Shown piece by piece: positions 24,366 to 35,900 of a stretch of 39,043 nt of DNA. The stretch is taken from positions 18,084,970 through 18,124,012 of the forward strand of contig JBOZIK010000001.1 in the NCBI GenBank assembly GCA_051453625.1, read 5' to 3'. The notes beneath the pieces are model-generated. The model was given only the letters and a program-made list of their open reading frames with translations, did not search any database and was not told the DNA's origin. The translations under genes were made by a program, and so were the position numbers. Within the stretch, counting starts at the first letter, position 1, and the number at the start of each line of letters is the position of its first letter. This DNA comes from Welwitschia mirabilis (lineage: Eukaryota).

Positions 24366-24370
24366 TACCT

Positions 24371-25372
24371 GCTACGTCTAGAACTACTAATGATTAGGTT
24401 CCTTTATTTGGAGTTAAGGTGTAAATATCATTTATATCCATTTAAACCTTTTTTAACTTCTTTTTAGTAGGACAATTTCTAACAAAGTAAGGACCTTTAT
24501 AGTTATAACATCCTATGCTTTGAGAGGTTTTAATTTCATTACCTAAGTAAGAGGTAGTTTTTGGCCTATCTTTAGGCTTATTTTATTCTAATTTTTCATT
24601 TTATTAATTGTAGAGACTTCCTCTTTGTCATCAATTTGCTTTGACTCATTATTTCTAAAGAATGACTTCTTTCTTTCCTAAAATTCTCCTCTTTCATTTG
24701 AGATTCTTTTTCTTTCCCTAAATTCTTTGGTTTTATTTGAAGATTCTTCACTTATTTTTGCCTTCTATAGAGCTTATACAAATGACTTTGGTTGGAATAA
24801 TTTTAATTACCTTTTAATAACAGGATGTAAACTAGCCATTAATCTTTTAAATTTTACTTCTTCACTACCTACTAATTCAGGAACATATCTCAAAAGTTTC
24901 ATAAATTTGTGCTCATATTGTGCTATTATCATTAAACTTGTCTAAGATTGTACATATCATCAGCCTTTTCATTTTTAAAAAATTCTAAGATGTATCTACT
25001 TATAGATCTCCTTTTAAATTCTTTCCATGTTATGGGCATTGGAAACAATGCTCAAAGTTGTTTGGCCTTCCACCATAAAGCTACTTCTTTAAAAAGTTGA
25101 TGGGTTGCTAGTATTGCCTTCTATTCTATAGTAAAATTAAATAATTCTAATTTTCTTTGTATAGACTTTAACCATGATTTTGCATCTCTTACATTGTTGA
25201 TACCTTTAAAAGTTGGAGGGCTCGTCCTCTTAAATTACATCATTATTTTCTTAAGAGATTTTCCATCTTTCTTGTCATTGCTTTTCTCATGAAGTTCATC
25301 CACTAAGTTGTTAACTATATTTACTAATGTTGTAACTTTACTTGGTTAGTTTATTACTCTTCTTGAGGCCAT
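24371..25372 (-). pseudogene. Degenerate Tekay/Del-like gag
   Basis: MASRR...FKRTSPPTFKGINNVRDAKSWLKSIQRKLELF...VALWWKA...ITWKEFK, with Zn-knuckle relic CYNYKGPYFVRNCP (~24470-24520). It is cut at the SIRE TSD and appears to continue below 697. Confidence 0.8.
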
Positions 25373-25484
25373 ATAAATCCTATGGAAAGTTGAACTATAT
25401 GCATTACTAGCCTAGGNNNNNNNNNNTTGATGTTAAAACTTATAACAACTTAATAGTAGTTATGCTTATGAAATTATAGCCTAT

Positions 25485-25724
25485 GCTTTGATACTAAAAT
25501 GTAAAAACCAAATTTACTATAACCAAAAACTTTAAACAATGCTACAATATCAAAATATGGGGTCTAAAATCTATAGGTAAAAACTCTTAAACTTGCTCTG
25601 ATACCAAAATGTAGAACTCGCTCTAATAATCAAAAATATTCTATATAATGCTCTAATATCAAAATGTAAGGTTTACTTTTTCATAAATAAAAGACTTCAC
25701 ATAATGCTTTTGATACCAAAGTGT
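25485..25724 (-). repeat. Tandem array (~55-bp period, 5 units), each unit containing an LTR-end plus tRNA-Met PBS motif
   Basis: Motif GCTCTGATACCAAAATGT (reverse complement ACATTT-TGGTATCAGAGC) is perfect at 25595 and degenerate at 25485, 25541, 25650 and 25706. Confidence 0.8.
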
Positions 25725-26783
25725 GGATTCACTTAAAAGCTCCAAATTGATGCTAAGATATAATTTATAAAAGAGAAAAATTTAATTAAGATATTAAATA
25801 ATTACTTCATTTATTTAGATAGTTTTATAAAATAAAACAATAGTGAGATCATGAAATTTTATCTAAAGGAATCCATTTATTTTAACAATAATATAGGACC
25901 CAAGTTTCTTAAGATTTAAATAATTAAAAAGGGGCATCAATAATACATAAAAGTATGATCTATAGCACTATGAGTACTTCAAAAGACACTAAGTGGGATC
26001 CATAACTTATAATAGAAAAATTATGATAGATGAATGAAGAATTGGTGAGGGTAATACATTAGAATGATATTTAGCTAAAGATAACCAAAAAATAAATAAA
26101 TAAATCATCAAAATAATATTAATTAAAGATCATAACTTATAATATAAGTGGCCTTAATGGTTACGTATTCTTTCAAAATTTTCAATTATTAACCAACATC
26201 CCTCTTTCTTATTATCATTTCAATTTGGCCTACCATTGCCTCAATAATCACTCTTAAAAAGTCATAATATAAGAAGGAAATATTAAGAATAATTCTATTA
26301 GTAATTTGACTAATTATGATAGGGTCAATCCTACTATATGTTGTATAAAATATGATTTATGATGGTATGTTTAAAGGACCAAATATAATTTTTATGAAGG
26401 AATTATATTTTATGAAAGCCCTAAGCTTTTATTAAGGAGGAATGCATATTAAATTTTGTTTACTAGTTTCTTTAATGTGGTTCATAAACCCTACCCTTTT
26501 TTCATGCACTAGAATTTCCTCTCAAATCTTCTTAAACTTTTAAGAAAATAGCATAGGGTTTATAAATTGTTACAGATGCCACATGGAATCTTGTAAAGGC
26601 ACCATTACTCTAAAGTGTTAACCATGTCTTGCCTTCCCATTTTAAGCTGCTTACCCTTTTTTTTTTACAAAAATAAAAATTCATTACTTCTAAAATGCAT
26701 CCACTTTTTAATGTCTTAATGAATAAAACAATGGAAATTATAAAATTTCATAGTGGTTCCTCTTCCAAACATAGGCCCTAAGT

Positions 26784-26838
26784 TGGTGCAATGGTAATGA
26801 AACTAATATCTTAAGAGGGAGGTTTAGGGTTTAAGTCT
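26784..26838 (+). promoter_or_regulatory. tRNA-like Pol III A-box/B-box relic
   Basis: TGGTGCAATGGT (A-box-like) and GGTTTAAGTCT (B-box-like, GGTTCRANTCC with transitions) lie about 32 nt apart. Confidence 0.4.
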
Positions 26839-26879
26839 TAAAAAATGTTTTGCGTGAAACACATACCCCTCTTTTTATT

Positions 26880-29450
26880 TTAAGAAATTTCTTGCTTATG
26901 ATTCTTTTTAATATATTTTTTAATAGTTGATAATTCCAACCCAAACTATAGCCAAGAAATCAAGAATCGCTCTAATATCTAATGAACATAATGAGGTTGT
27001 TCAAACTAATCTTGTTATTAAGTGAAGCATGTGCATACATTATAGAAAACTCAATGCTATCACTACAAAGGATCATTTTGCTCTTCCATTTACTAACCAT
27101 ATCCTTGAAAAACTTATTGGCCATTTCTTTTATTATTTCTTAGATGATTATTTAGGCTACAACCAAATTGAGATTACTCCTAAAGATCAAGAGAAGACAA
27201 CCTTTAGTAGCACTTATGTACATTTTCTTATAAATTATGTCATTCAATCTTTGTAATGCACTAGCTACCTTTTAACATTACATGATCTTTTGCATTCATG
27301 TGTCAAAATTTTTATGGATGATTTTTCATTTTATGAAACTTCATATTACCAACGTATTCATAATCATGAAAATTCTCTCTTATAATGCATAGAAAAGTGC
27401 CTTATTTTAAATTGGGAAAAGTGTGATTTTATGGTTAGGAAGGAAATTGTTTTAGGATATATCATTTTTAAGCATGATATTTAAGTAGATCCTACCAAAA
27501 TTTCCTTAATCACATATCTTTCCATTCTTATAAAAGTAAGAGACATTAGATATTTTTTGGACATGTTGGATATTATAAAATATTCTTCAAAACTTATTAA
27601 AATTTTGAAATCCCTTTTGGATTTTTTATTAAAGATGTAATTTTTTAATAGACACAATAATTCCAATAAATGTTTGATGAGCTTAAAAAATAACTTAGTA
27701 CTACACCTATTATTTTACACCTAATTGGTCCCAACCTTTTAGATTATGTTAGATTATGTTTGATGCTAGTAATTATGCTATTGGCACTATCTTAAAATAA
27801 AGAGTTGAAAAATCATCTATTATTATTTACTATTAAAGAGTTATTATTATCTATTATGCTAGAAAAAATTTGAGTGACATTTAACTCAACTACACTATCA
27901 TAGAAAAGGAACTTCTTACGATTGATTTTCCCTTAGAGAAGTTTAGATAATACCTCCTTGATTTACAAGCAATTATTTATACTAATCATTTATCTGTGAG
28001 ATTTTTTTTTCTAAAAATGATTCCAAACCAAAATTATCTATTGGATTCTACTCTTAAAAGAGTTTAATTTGTAAGTTAGAGATAAAAAAGGGTTTGATAA
28101 TGTAGTTATTTATCATCTCTTTCTAGTCCCTCAAAATGTTTTACTTGTTTCTAATCTTATTAATAACTCTTTTTCTAATGAATATCTCTTTTTGATTTTT
28201 TAAACTCCATGGTATGATAATATTTCCAATTTTTTAGTTTTAAAACCATGTCTTCCTATTGGTCCATTCCTAACGAATAAAATTTCTAATTCAAGTTAAG
28301 TATTCTTTATTAGATGATCCATATCCTTTCAAATGCTATCATAAACAAATCACTAGGATATGCATTTCTTAATATAAAATTCATGATATTCTTAAGTTTT
28401 TTCATTTTGAAGCTTATGGAGAGGAATTTCTACTAATGAAACTACTATGAAATTATTTATTATGGGCTTTATTAGCTTTTCATTTTCAAAGACTCTTATA
28501 TTTATTGCAAATCTTATGAAAACTATCAAAAACTTGGGACTCTTACTTGAAAAATCATGATACCTTTAAATTTAATCTTTATTGTAGAACCTTTTAGCAT
28601 ATAGGGTATTGACTTCCAAGGTCCTTATCCTTCTTCTAATGAATACTAATACATCCTTATATATGTTGATTATGTTACCAAATGGGTAACAACCTATGCC
28701 TATAGGGACAGTGATGCCTAAACTTGTAGTTAAATTATTTAAAAAGCATATTTTGTCTATACTTTGTTATTGTATAATTCTTATTATTGATGGTGGATCT
28801 AATTTTTACAATAAAAGTTTCAATAATATTCTCACAATGTATGGATTTCTCATAAAATTATCACACTTTATCACCCCTAAACTAGTGATTAATTTGAAGT
28901 TACTAATAGGGAAATTAAGTGTATCTTACAAAAAGTGGTAAGTACAACTAGAAAAGATTAATCATTAAAACTTAATGATGTTTTATAGCATATATAACTA
29001 CATTTAAAACACCGCTAGGAGTGTTAGGTAAAGCTTGTCATCTTCCTATGGAACTTGAATATAAAGCCTAGTGGGTCATTAAATGTATGATCTTAGACAT
29101 TGATATAGTAGGTTACCATAAAAATATTCAACTATATAAGTTAGAAGAGCTTAAGAAGGATGTCTATAAAAATATAAAATTAAATACACAAAAAATCAAA
29201 AGACTTCATAAAGGAACTTAGTCTTACTATACAAATCTAGATTAATATGTTTTTTGACAAGTTAGTTTTTAAGTGGAAACATCCTTACACAATAAAATAG
29301 GTGTTGTTAAATGAAGTATTTCTTATAAATAATCCCAAAGATCACCATTTATTCAAATTTAATAATCATCATTTTAAACATTTTCATCCACACCTCACAT
29401 ATATGAGTTTATGAGACTTACTGATCTTAGATGATGACCTTCAAGATTAA
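26880..29450 (+). pseudogene. Degenerate Athila pol (RT, RNase H, INT), 5'-truncated
   Basis: IAKKSRIALISNEHNEVVQTNLVIK*SMCIHYRKLNAITTKDHFALPF...DQEKTTF, FMDDF (~27311), MFDASNYAIG, YTIIEKELL, GIDFQGPYPSS and GKACHLPMELEYKA. Confidence 0.92.
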
Positions 29451-30807
29451 CCAATAATAAATGATCTTTTATCATTTCAAGTTTTAATTAATATTAGGTG
29501 CATCTATGATTTTTAAGAAAAGTTCATCTTTATTTTATGTTCTATTATTAGGGTTTTCATTCTTTTAAGATCTTCAATTTGGAAAAAATCAATGGATGAA
29601 AATGTGGATTTTTAACTTTTATTGGGTATCCTTGGTTTTTAAGCATTCATGAAAATGAGATTGATTCTCTATTAGGATAATGATCTAATGACCCCCTCTT
29701 ATTTGCTTACAAAGGAAAAAAGGAAAAATCCCTTTTTTAAAATTACATTCTTTTTTAATTAATTTTATTTAGTTTACTTAATTGCATCTGGATTATAGAT
29801 GCTCACTATTAATGTAGCTCTAATGATCTATTTGTAGCACATTCATCTACATTAGGGTTATAAATGCTTTCTAGAAATGTAACACCAAATTCTTAATGTA
29901 GAACATGGTTAACTCTATTTTAAGAAAGTGCCATGATACTAGATGCTTAATATGATCAAATGCTTGAAACAAAGTTACTTTTGGTTATAGGAGGGAAAAA
30001 TGGAAAGAGAATTAAGGTTAAAACTAGAGATCTCCTGTGGTTTTCTTTCTTTAACACTTAAAATTTCTTTACTACTCTTAGATGTGCATGAGCTTATCTT
30101 GTTAATGCCTTATTTGTATGAGATTAGATCCATTGAATAAATAGAAGAATCATAAAAGTTTTATCATATTAAGCCATTATCTTGGACTTAAGTATCATTT
30201 ATTCATGCATTACATGGTTGAGATATCATTCTCATTGTCATTTTTACTTCATACCCACTCACATCATCATTTTAACCATCAGACACTTCGTTACCATTTT
30301 ATAAGAAAGCACATTAATAAGCAAAAACATGTATGTTATGACATGATATTCCAATCCATGTTTTGATTTAGGGGAAGAAATTTGAGTCATTGATAAAATT
30401 AAAAAACCCCTATGGCCATATCTCACCTCATTCCTATAAAAACCAAGTTTCAAATACATGTTATGCCTTACATTATTGATTATTATACTATCTATGTTAT
30501 TTCTTAGTTCTCTACTAAAACTTGCTTTATTTCTTAGTAATTAGCTAGCACTGCTATCTGTCTCCACTAATGCCAACTTTAGTTTGTATTTGTTCACCTT
30601 GAATTTTTTGTCATGATTTCTATTTAATTTTTATAGTTGGTTGTGATTTAAGATGAGCCTATTATAGTCTATTTTCTTAATCCTTCCTTTATTTTCATTT
30701 AGTTTTACTTTATTTTTTTATCTCTAACATTTGATTCTTTTACTCCCTATCTTATTCTCTCTTTTCACCCTTTTTCTTTCTTGTTCTAAATATATTTTAT
30801 AGTAATC

Positions 30808-31485
30808 ATGAGTGCTAGACAAAAACCTTTCATTAAAGAAGGAATCTTTGGCCATTTATTGACATTTATGCTCTTTATTACCTTATAAGGATTGAATTGA
30901 AAAGATGGAATTATTTTCTCAAGGAATATAATGCATTCTAATACTTGAAGTAGGTTTTAGATTTTTAAAAAAATTCCTCTTTTGATAATGGAGACACTTG
31001 GGTAATACATTCTCATATTTAATACACTTTATTTTCCATCTCTTTAATTGATATGGAAGTTGTTTTAGGGGTAGAACAATTTCATAACTTACACTTTAAT
31101 CTCACCAAAGACTTAGATGTAGGATATTTCTTTAATAATGAAGGAATACTTCTATGTAAATTTCTTGACAAAAATTAACTATCCTTATTTAAATTCATCA
31201 TTAGAAATATGCCACTATCCTTCCATGTCACAGATACATATAGTAATCATCTAGATCTCATTATAATCATTTATAATAAAAAAATCCTTTTACATATTTA
31301 AATTTTTATTTAGGACCATGACAAAATATATAAGACATAATAGTAACCTTCCCCTTTTATGTTTCATTTCTGACCTTATCCCTAATAACCTCTATCAAAC
31401 CTTAAATTCTGATAATTGAAATAGAGGTTGCATGATTCCTTGTAAAGTTATGTAAGTCTAAAGGTATAAAAATATATATTGGGTT
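30808..31485 (+). pseudogene. Degenerate Athila env-like ORF, truncated by an LTR insertion
   Basis: WNYFLKEYNAF*YLK*VLDF*KN...FSISLIDMEVVLGV and NLPLLCFISDLI; located about 1.3 kb downstream of INT. Confidence 0.55.
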
Positions 31486-32701
31486 TGATGCATTACCAAA
31501 TTGTATATATTTAATGAAGTGTTATGAGCTATTTTTTAGGACATTTATACAGGTTTAGATGCAATTCTAAGGATTATAGAGAATTAACAGATGATCATAA
31601 AAATGTGTAATTCTTAGCATATTCAGATCATATTAGGCACATTCTAATACAGATGGCTTTAGAGGAATATCATTGATGCAAAAGGAATACTTCTCTTTAA
31701 GTTAAAAAGATGAAGAGAACTATTGTCCCCTCTATCGTCCCCACAACAAGTAGGATGATAGCACTGTAAATGCCACATGGAAATGCTAACATTAACTAGA
31801 GTTGGTACTACTAATTCATCTCTTATAAAGAGGTGTCATATCCATGGTCATTCACATGACATGTATGACAATGAATGTAATGTTTGATCCATCTTCCTCT
31901 TGGTTGTTCCCCCAACAAGTAGGGCGATACTTGTAACTGCCAATTGATCTTTGTCTATTTATTTTTTGTAATTAAGTGTGTTTTACAACATGTTTTATGT
32001 GATGGTTTTACTTCTTAGCCCTATAAATAAGACCCCCATTCAACTCTCCTATCCATATTCCATGCACCCAACATTCTCGTAATAGGAAATCGAAGGATAG
32101 GAGATCCATCTCATTAGTTGTAAGAAGAAGTTCCCTTAGTGAAAGGTTGTGTATCCTCCATTAAGGCTTGGATATTTTATAACCTAGATGCTAGTTCTAT
32201 TTTAATATAAAACTTTGTTTCATTTATGCATTCAATTCTATTGTATTTCTCTTATGGTTTATATTGTTCTTGATCCGGTGATGGTTTCATTAACGATATA
32301 GTATTAGAGATAAGTATTTATAGATTTATTTTTAATTGCATTTATTTGACTCTCCTAATAGTTTAAGTTAGTCTTACTTGGTGACAATATTCTTGGCTTA
32401 TTTAGGTTATACAGGGCCAATCTTCTTAACATGTCAATTTTGTACTTGGATAGGTATTCATTTAGATTTAGTTACACTTGCATTGTATTGCATCTTTAAT
32501 TTCTTACATCATTCCTAAGTTTGAATACATTCTCTATGAAAATCAATTCTCATTTCTCTCTCGTGAGTCTTCAATGGGTTACAATTGGGTCACTTCTATT
32601 TATACTAAAGTATGAATTTTGCAACATATATATATATGTATATGTATGTGATTCTCAATATTTATTAAGGAAAAAGGATTATAAAAATATATACTACAAC
32701 A
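31486..32701 (+). repeat. 5' LTR of element D
   Basis: Starts TGATGCATTACC and ends ...TACAACA, followed by the PBS. A TATA-like CTATAAATA lies near 32021. Confidence 0.8.
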
Positions 32702-32704
32702 TCT

Positions 32705-32721
32705 TGGCATCTTTGTCAGGG
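32705..32721 (+). other. Degenerate tRNA-Asp-type PBS (Athila)
   Basis: TGGCATCTTTGTCAGGG vs TGGCGCCGTTGCCGGGG is 12/17 identical. Confidence 0.65.
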
Positions 32722-33159
32722 CTACTGAGGAGCATGAGGATTTTTGTTTCTTGGTGAGTAAATTAAATTTCTATTTGGTTCTTTATCTATAGTGACATTA
32801 TATTTTCATTTAGGATTTGTAGAACTTTAGTTTGTGGTTTTCTGTTTTCTTAGTCTATAATAGTAGTTTATCGTCTTGTCTATTATCCCAGTGATATTAA
32901 AAATGATGACATAGATTTATCAGTTCATTTTTTATTCTGTAAATTTTCTTTTTTGCTTCTTTAGTATTACATAAATATATGTCGTCTCCTCTATCATTCC
33001 CACAACAAGGTGGATGACAACCTCTATTCTTTTTTTCTTCTTTTGATTTTCTGCTAAATTTTTACTTTCTATTTCTGTTTTGATCATCCTATATGTTGTC
33101 TACATGATTAGAAGGATGATTATTAGTTGTTTTTTATTTTATTTTTATTATTTTATATC

Positions 33160-35900
33160 TGAAGGAGGTGATGATATGGTCAACTGAGGAAGGAAATATT
33201 AGAGAAGAAAGGGCTAATAGAAGAAAAACATTAAGAGAAGGAGTGGTCAATCTCGAATTAGAGTTAAGAACATAATTCCCAGATGCATACAATACCTCTT
33301 CTGAGTTCATTTTTTTTAAATATGGTTTTTTTAAGAAAAATAAAAAAATAAAGAAGAAAATAAAATTAAATATAAAGATACCATTATACATCTTTTGAGT
33401 GTTAAAAATCCAGACAATTTTGATAAAAAGATAAAACATTAGAGAAAGTAGAACTTGAACTTGACTATATTATTATCTTCCTTATCATTTTGAGATAGAT
33501 TCTATTTTTTTAATTCTTATCAATTATGAATAGTGATATAAGAACCCTTGGGAAAATTCTTATTGAAAGGAGGAGAAACTTGAAAAATTCTAAGAATAAT
33601 AGTAAGAAAATACTTTGAGAAATTTTTATAAAAAAAGGGAGAACAACACAATATGATGTTAAAAGTAGGGATTAAGCTCATTCCTCTTTTTAATCATCTT
33701 ATTATTTTCCTTCTTCTTTTGAAACTTCATATAGAAATAACAATAAAAATTTTCCACATTTTAGGGATTCCACCTCATTTAGACAAGCTTCCTATAATTA
33801 TTTTTATTAATCCCAATCATCTTTCATGTATTACTATGAAGAAGAACCATCTTCTATTAACTGGTATGAGGAATAAAATGATTCATTAAAAGAAATAATA
33901 GATGAAATGATAAAGAAACAAGAAAATACCATTAAAAAACTAGAAAATTTGATTGAGATCTTACAACAAATACTATTACAAACACTAGGTTCTTTTGCAA
34001 CACGACAATCTCAAACCTATTCTTCTACATCCTACCTTAATAAAAATAAGAAGAACTTAGAAACAAATGATAATAATTCTTACTTTGAAAGAGAACATGA
34101 AATTTTATATCAAACTTCAATGTCCTACTCATTAGAAGATGAATAAAGGGTAGATAATAATGACTCAACTTAATCTTTCAATAATAAGGATGAGAATGAC
34201 CACATATTAGATGATGATATTAAGGTATTAGATTACATTCCTAGCATCAAATTACTACTAGACAATCTAAATGAAGAATCCACTCATGAAAAATCCAAAA
34301 ATTCTTTAATCCATGAAAATCATAATTATTGCATTTCTCCTTTGAATGAATTTAATGAACTAAAAAATGATAATATTCAACCAGATAATGAGAATGATGA
34401 AGAATAAGATGATGATGACATTGAAATATTAGATCATATTCCTAGTTTTTACTTACCTTGTAATGAGTATAAAGGAGTTCAACCTTTGAAATAAGTTTAA
34501 TATATGAGATTAATGGAGAATTTAAGTAAAGAAACAAAATCAGTGATGAATTTACATTACAAAAGGGAGTCATTCACTCCTATTATCAAGATAACAATTT
34601 GAGACAATAGTCAATAATAGTAACTCAATAACTAAAAATGAGGATTATAGTTTAGAATTAATAAGATTATTCAATATAGAGGAAGAAGAGTCAACTCAAA
34701 AAATATATTTATTTGATGAATCCATAAACTTAGAAAAGAAAAATAATCCTTAACAAAATAATAAAAAAGAGCAAGATATAATCAATGATATTAATAATAA
34801 ATAGGAAGGAGATATAATCAATGAAGAGGGAATCCAACTAAGNNNNNNNNNNNNNNNNNNNNNNNNNNNNNNNNNNNNNNNNNNNNNNNNNNNNNNNNNN
34901 NNNNNNNNNNNNNNNNNNNNNNNNNNNNNNNNNNNNNNNNNNNNNNNNNNNNNNNNNNNNNNNNNNNNNNNNNNNNNNNNNNNNNNNNNNNNNNNNNNNN
35001 NNNNNNNNNNNNNNNNNNNNNNNNNNNNNNNNNNNNNNNNNNNNNNNNNNNNNNNNNNNNNNNNNNNNNNNNNNNNNNNNNNNNNNNNNNNNNNNNNNNN
35101 NNNNNNNNNNATCATGTCCCTGTCCTTAAAATTAATAAAACACATCATCTTAAGGACTCTACTCCAAAGATATCTCAATCCTTTTCTTTTAAAACTTTAT
35201 ATGCTACAAAAGGTAACATCTTTTTCTCTTTTACAAAGTCAACTCTACTTTGCACTTTTAATGATTATTCTTTTAAAAAATAAGACGTGGGATACCTTGG
35301 AACTCTAAATTGGGGCAAACTATACCTTCTTGATTCAAATCCATGATTAAAATTAAATGTTAAGAGCATCTTAGGTATGTAAAATCTATCTGAATCACTT
35401 AACCTATGAAGTTTCTTCAAAGACTTGGAATCCAAATTATACCATTAATGTCTCCCATGTTCAATATCAAGCTTTAATTGTAATTTATGTTTTAAATCTT
35501 TTATATCATGAGTTTGATAAGAGATTATTTTTCCATAAGTTATATGAACTTTTTAAATCTTATAGAGATAAACTTTCATGTGGTTATGCTAAATGAAAAA
35601 ACTCTTATTTCTTTAACAAAAATCCATGTCTTGAATTTAATGATAAAAAACTTCTTAATCTTATTAGGCATTCTATAGAGCCCTTAAAATATTCTTGAAT
35701 ATTTCTTTGAGTACCTTCTTACATGCATTTTATAATGAAACTTATGATTTATAATGTTCTAATAAGAGATTATTTATCAATAATATTTACCACTTCTTTA
35801 TCTCTTATTTGAACTTTGAAATTTGTGCTATCAAAGTTTTATCTTTCTACTCTCTCTTCCTCTAATTTATTTTACTAAAAAATGATTACATACCTTTTAT
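33160..35900 (+). pseudogene. Degenerate low-complexity, acidic/coiled-coil ORF of element D (probably gag-derived)
   Basis: Purine-rich coding-like bias downstream of the PBS; fragments such as MIKKQENTIKKLENLIEILQQ; duplicated DDDIxxLDxIPS. Interrupted by a gap. Confidence 0.4.

Noticed and set aside
25485-25724. CRISPR array
   Set aside because: The context is eukaryotic retroelement with no cas genes, the core is a tRNA-Met PBS, and the spacers are weakly similar to each other.
26774-26850. Functional tRNA gene
   Set aside because: Only degenerate A/B boxes are present, with no acceptor or anticodon stems.
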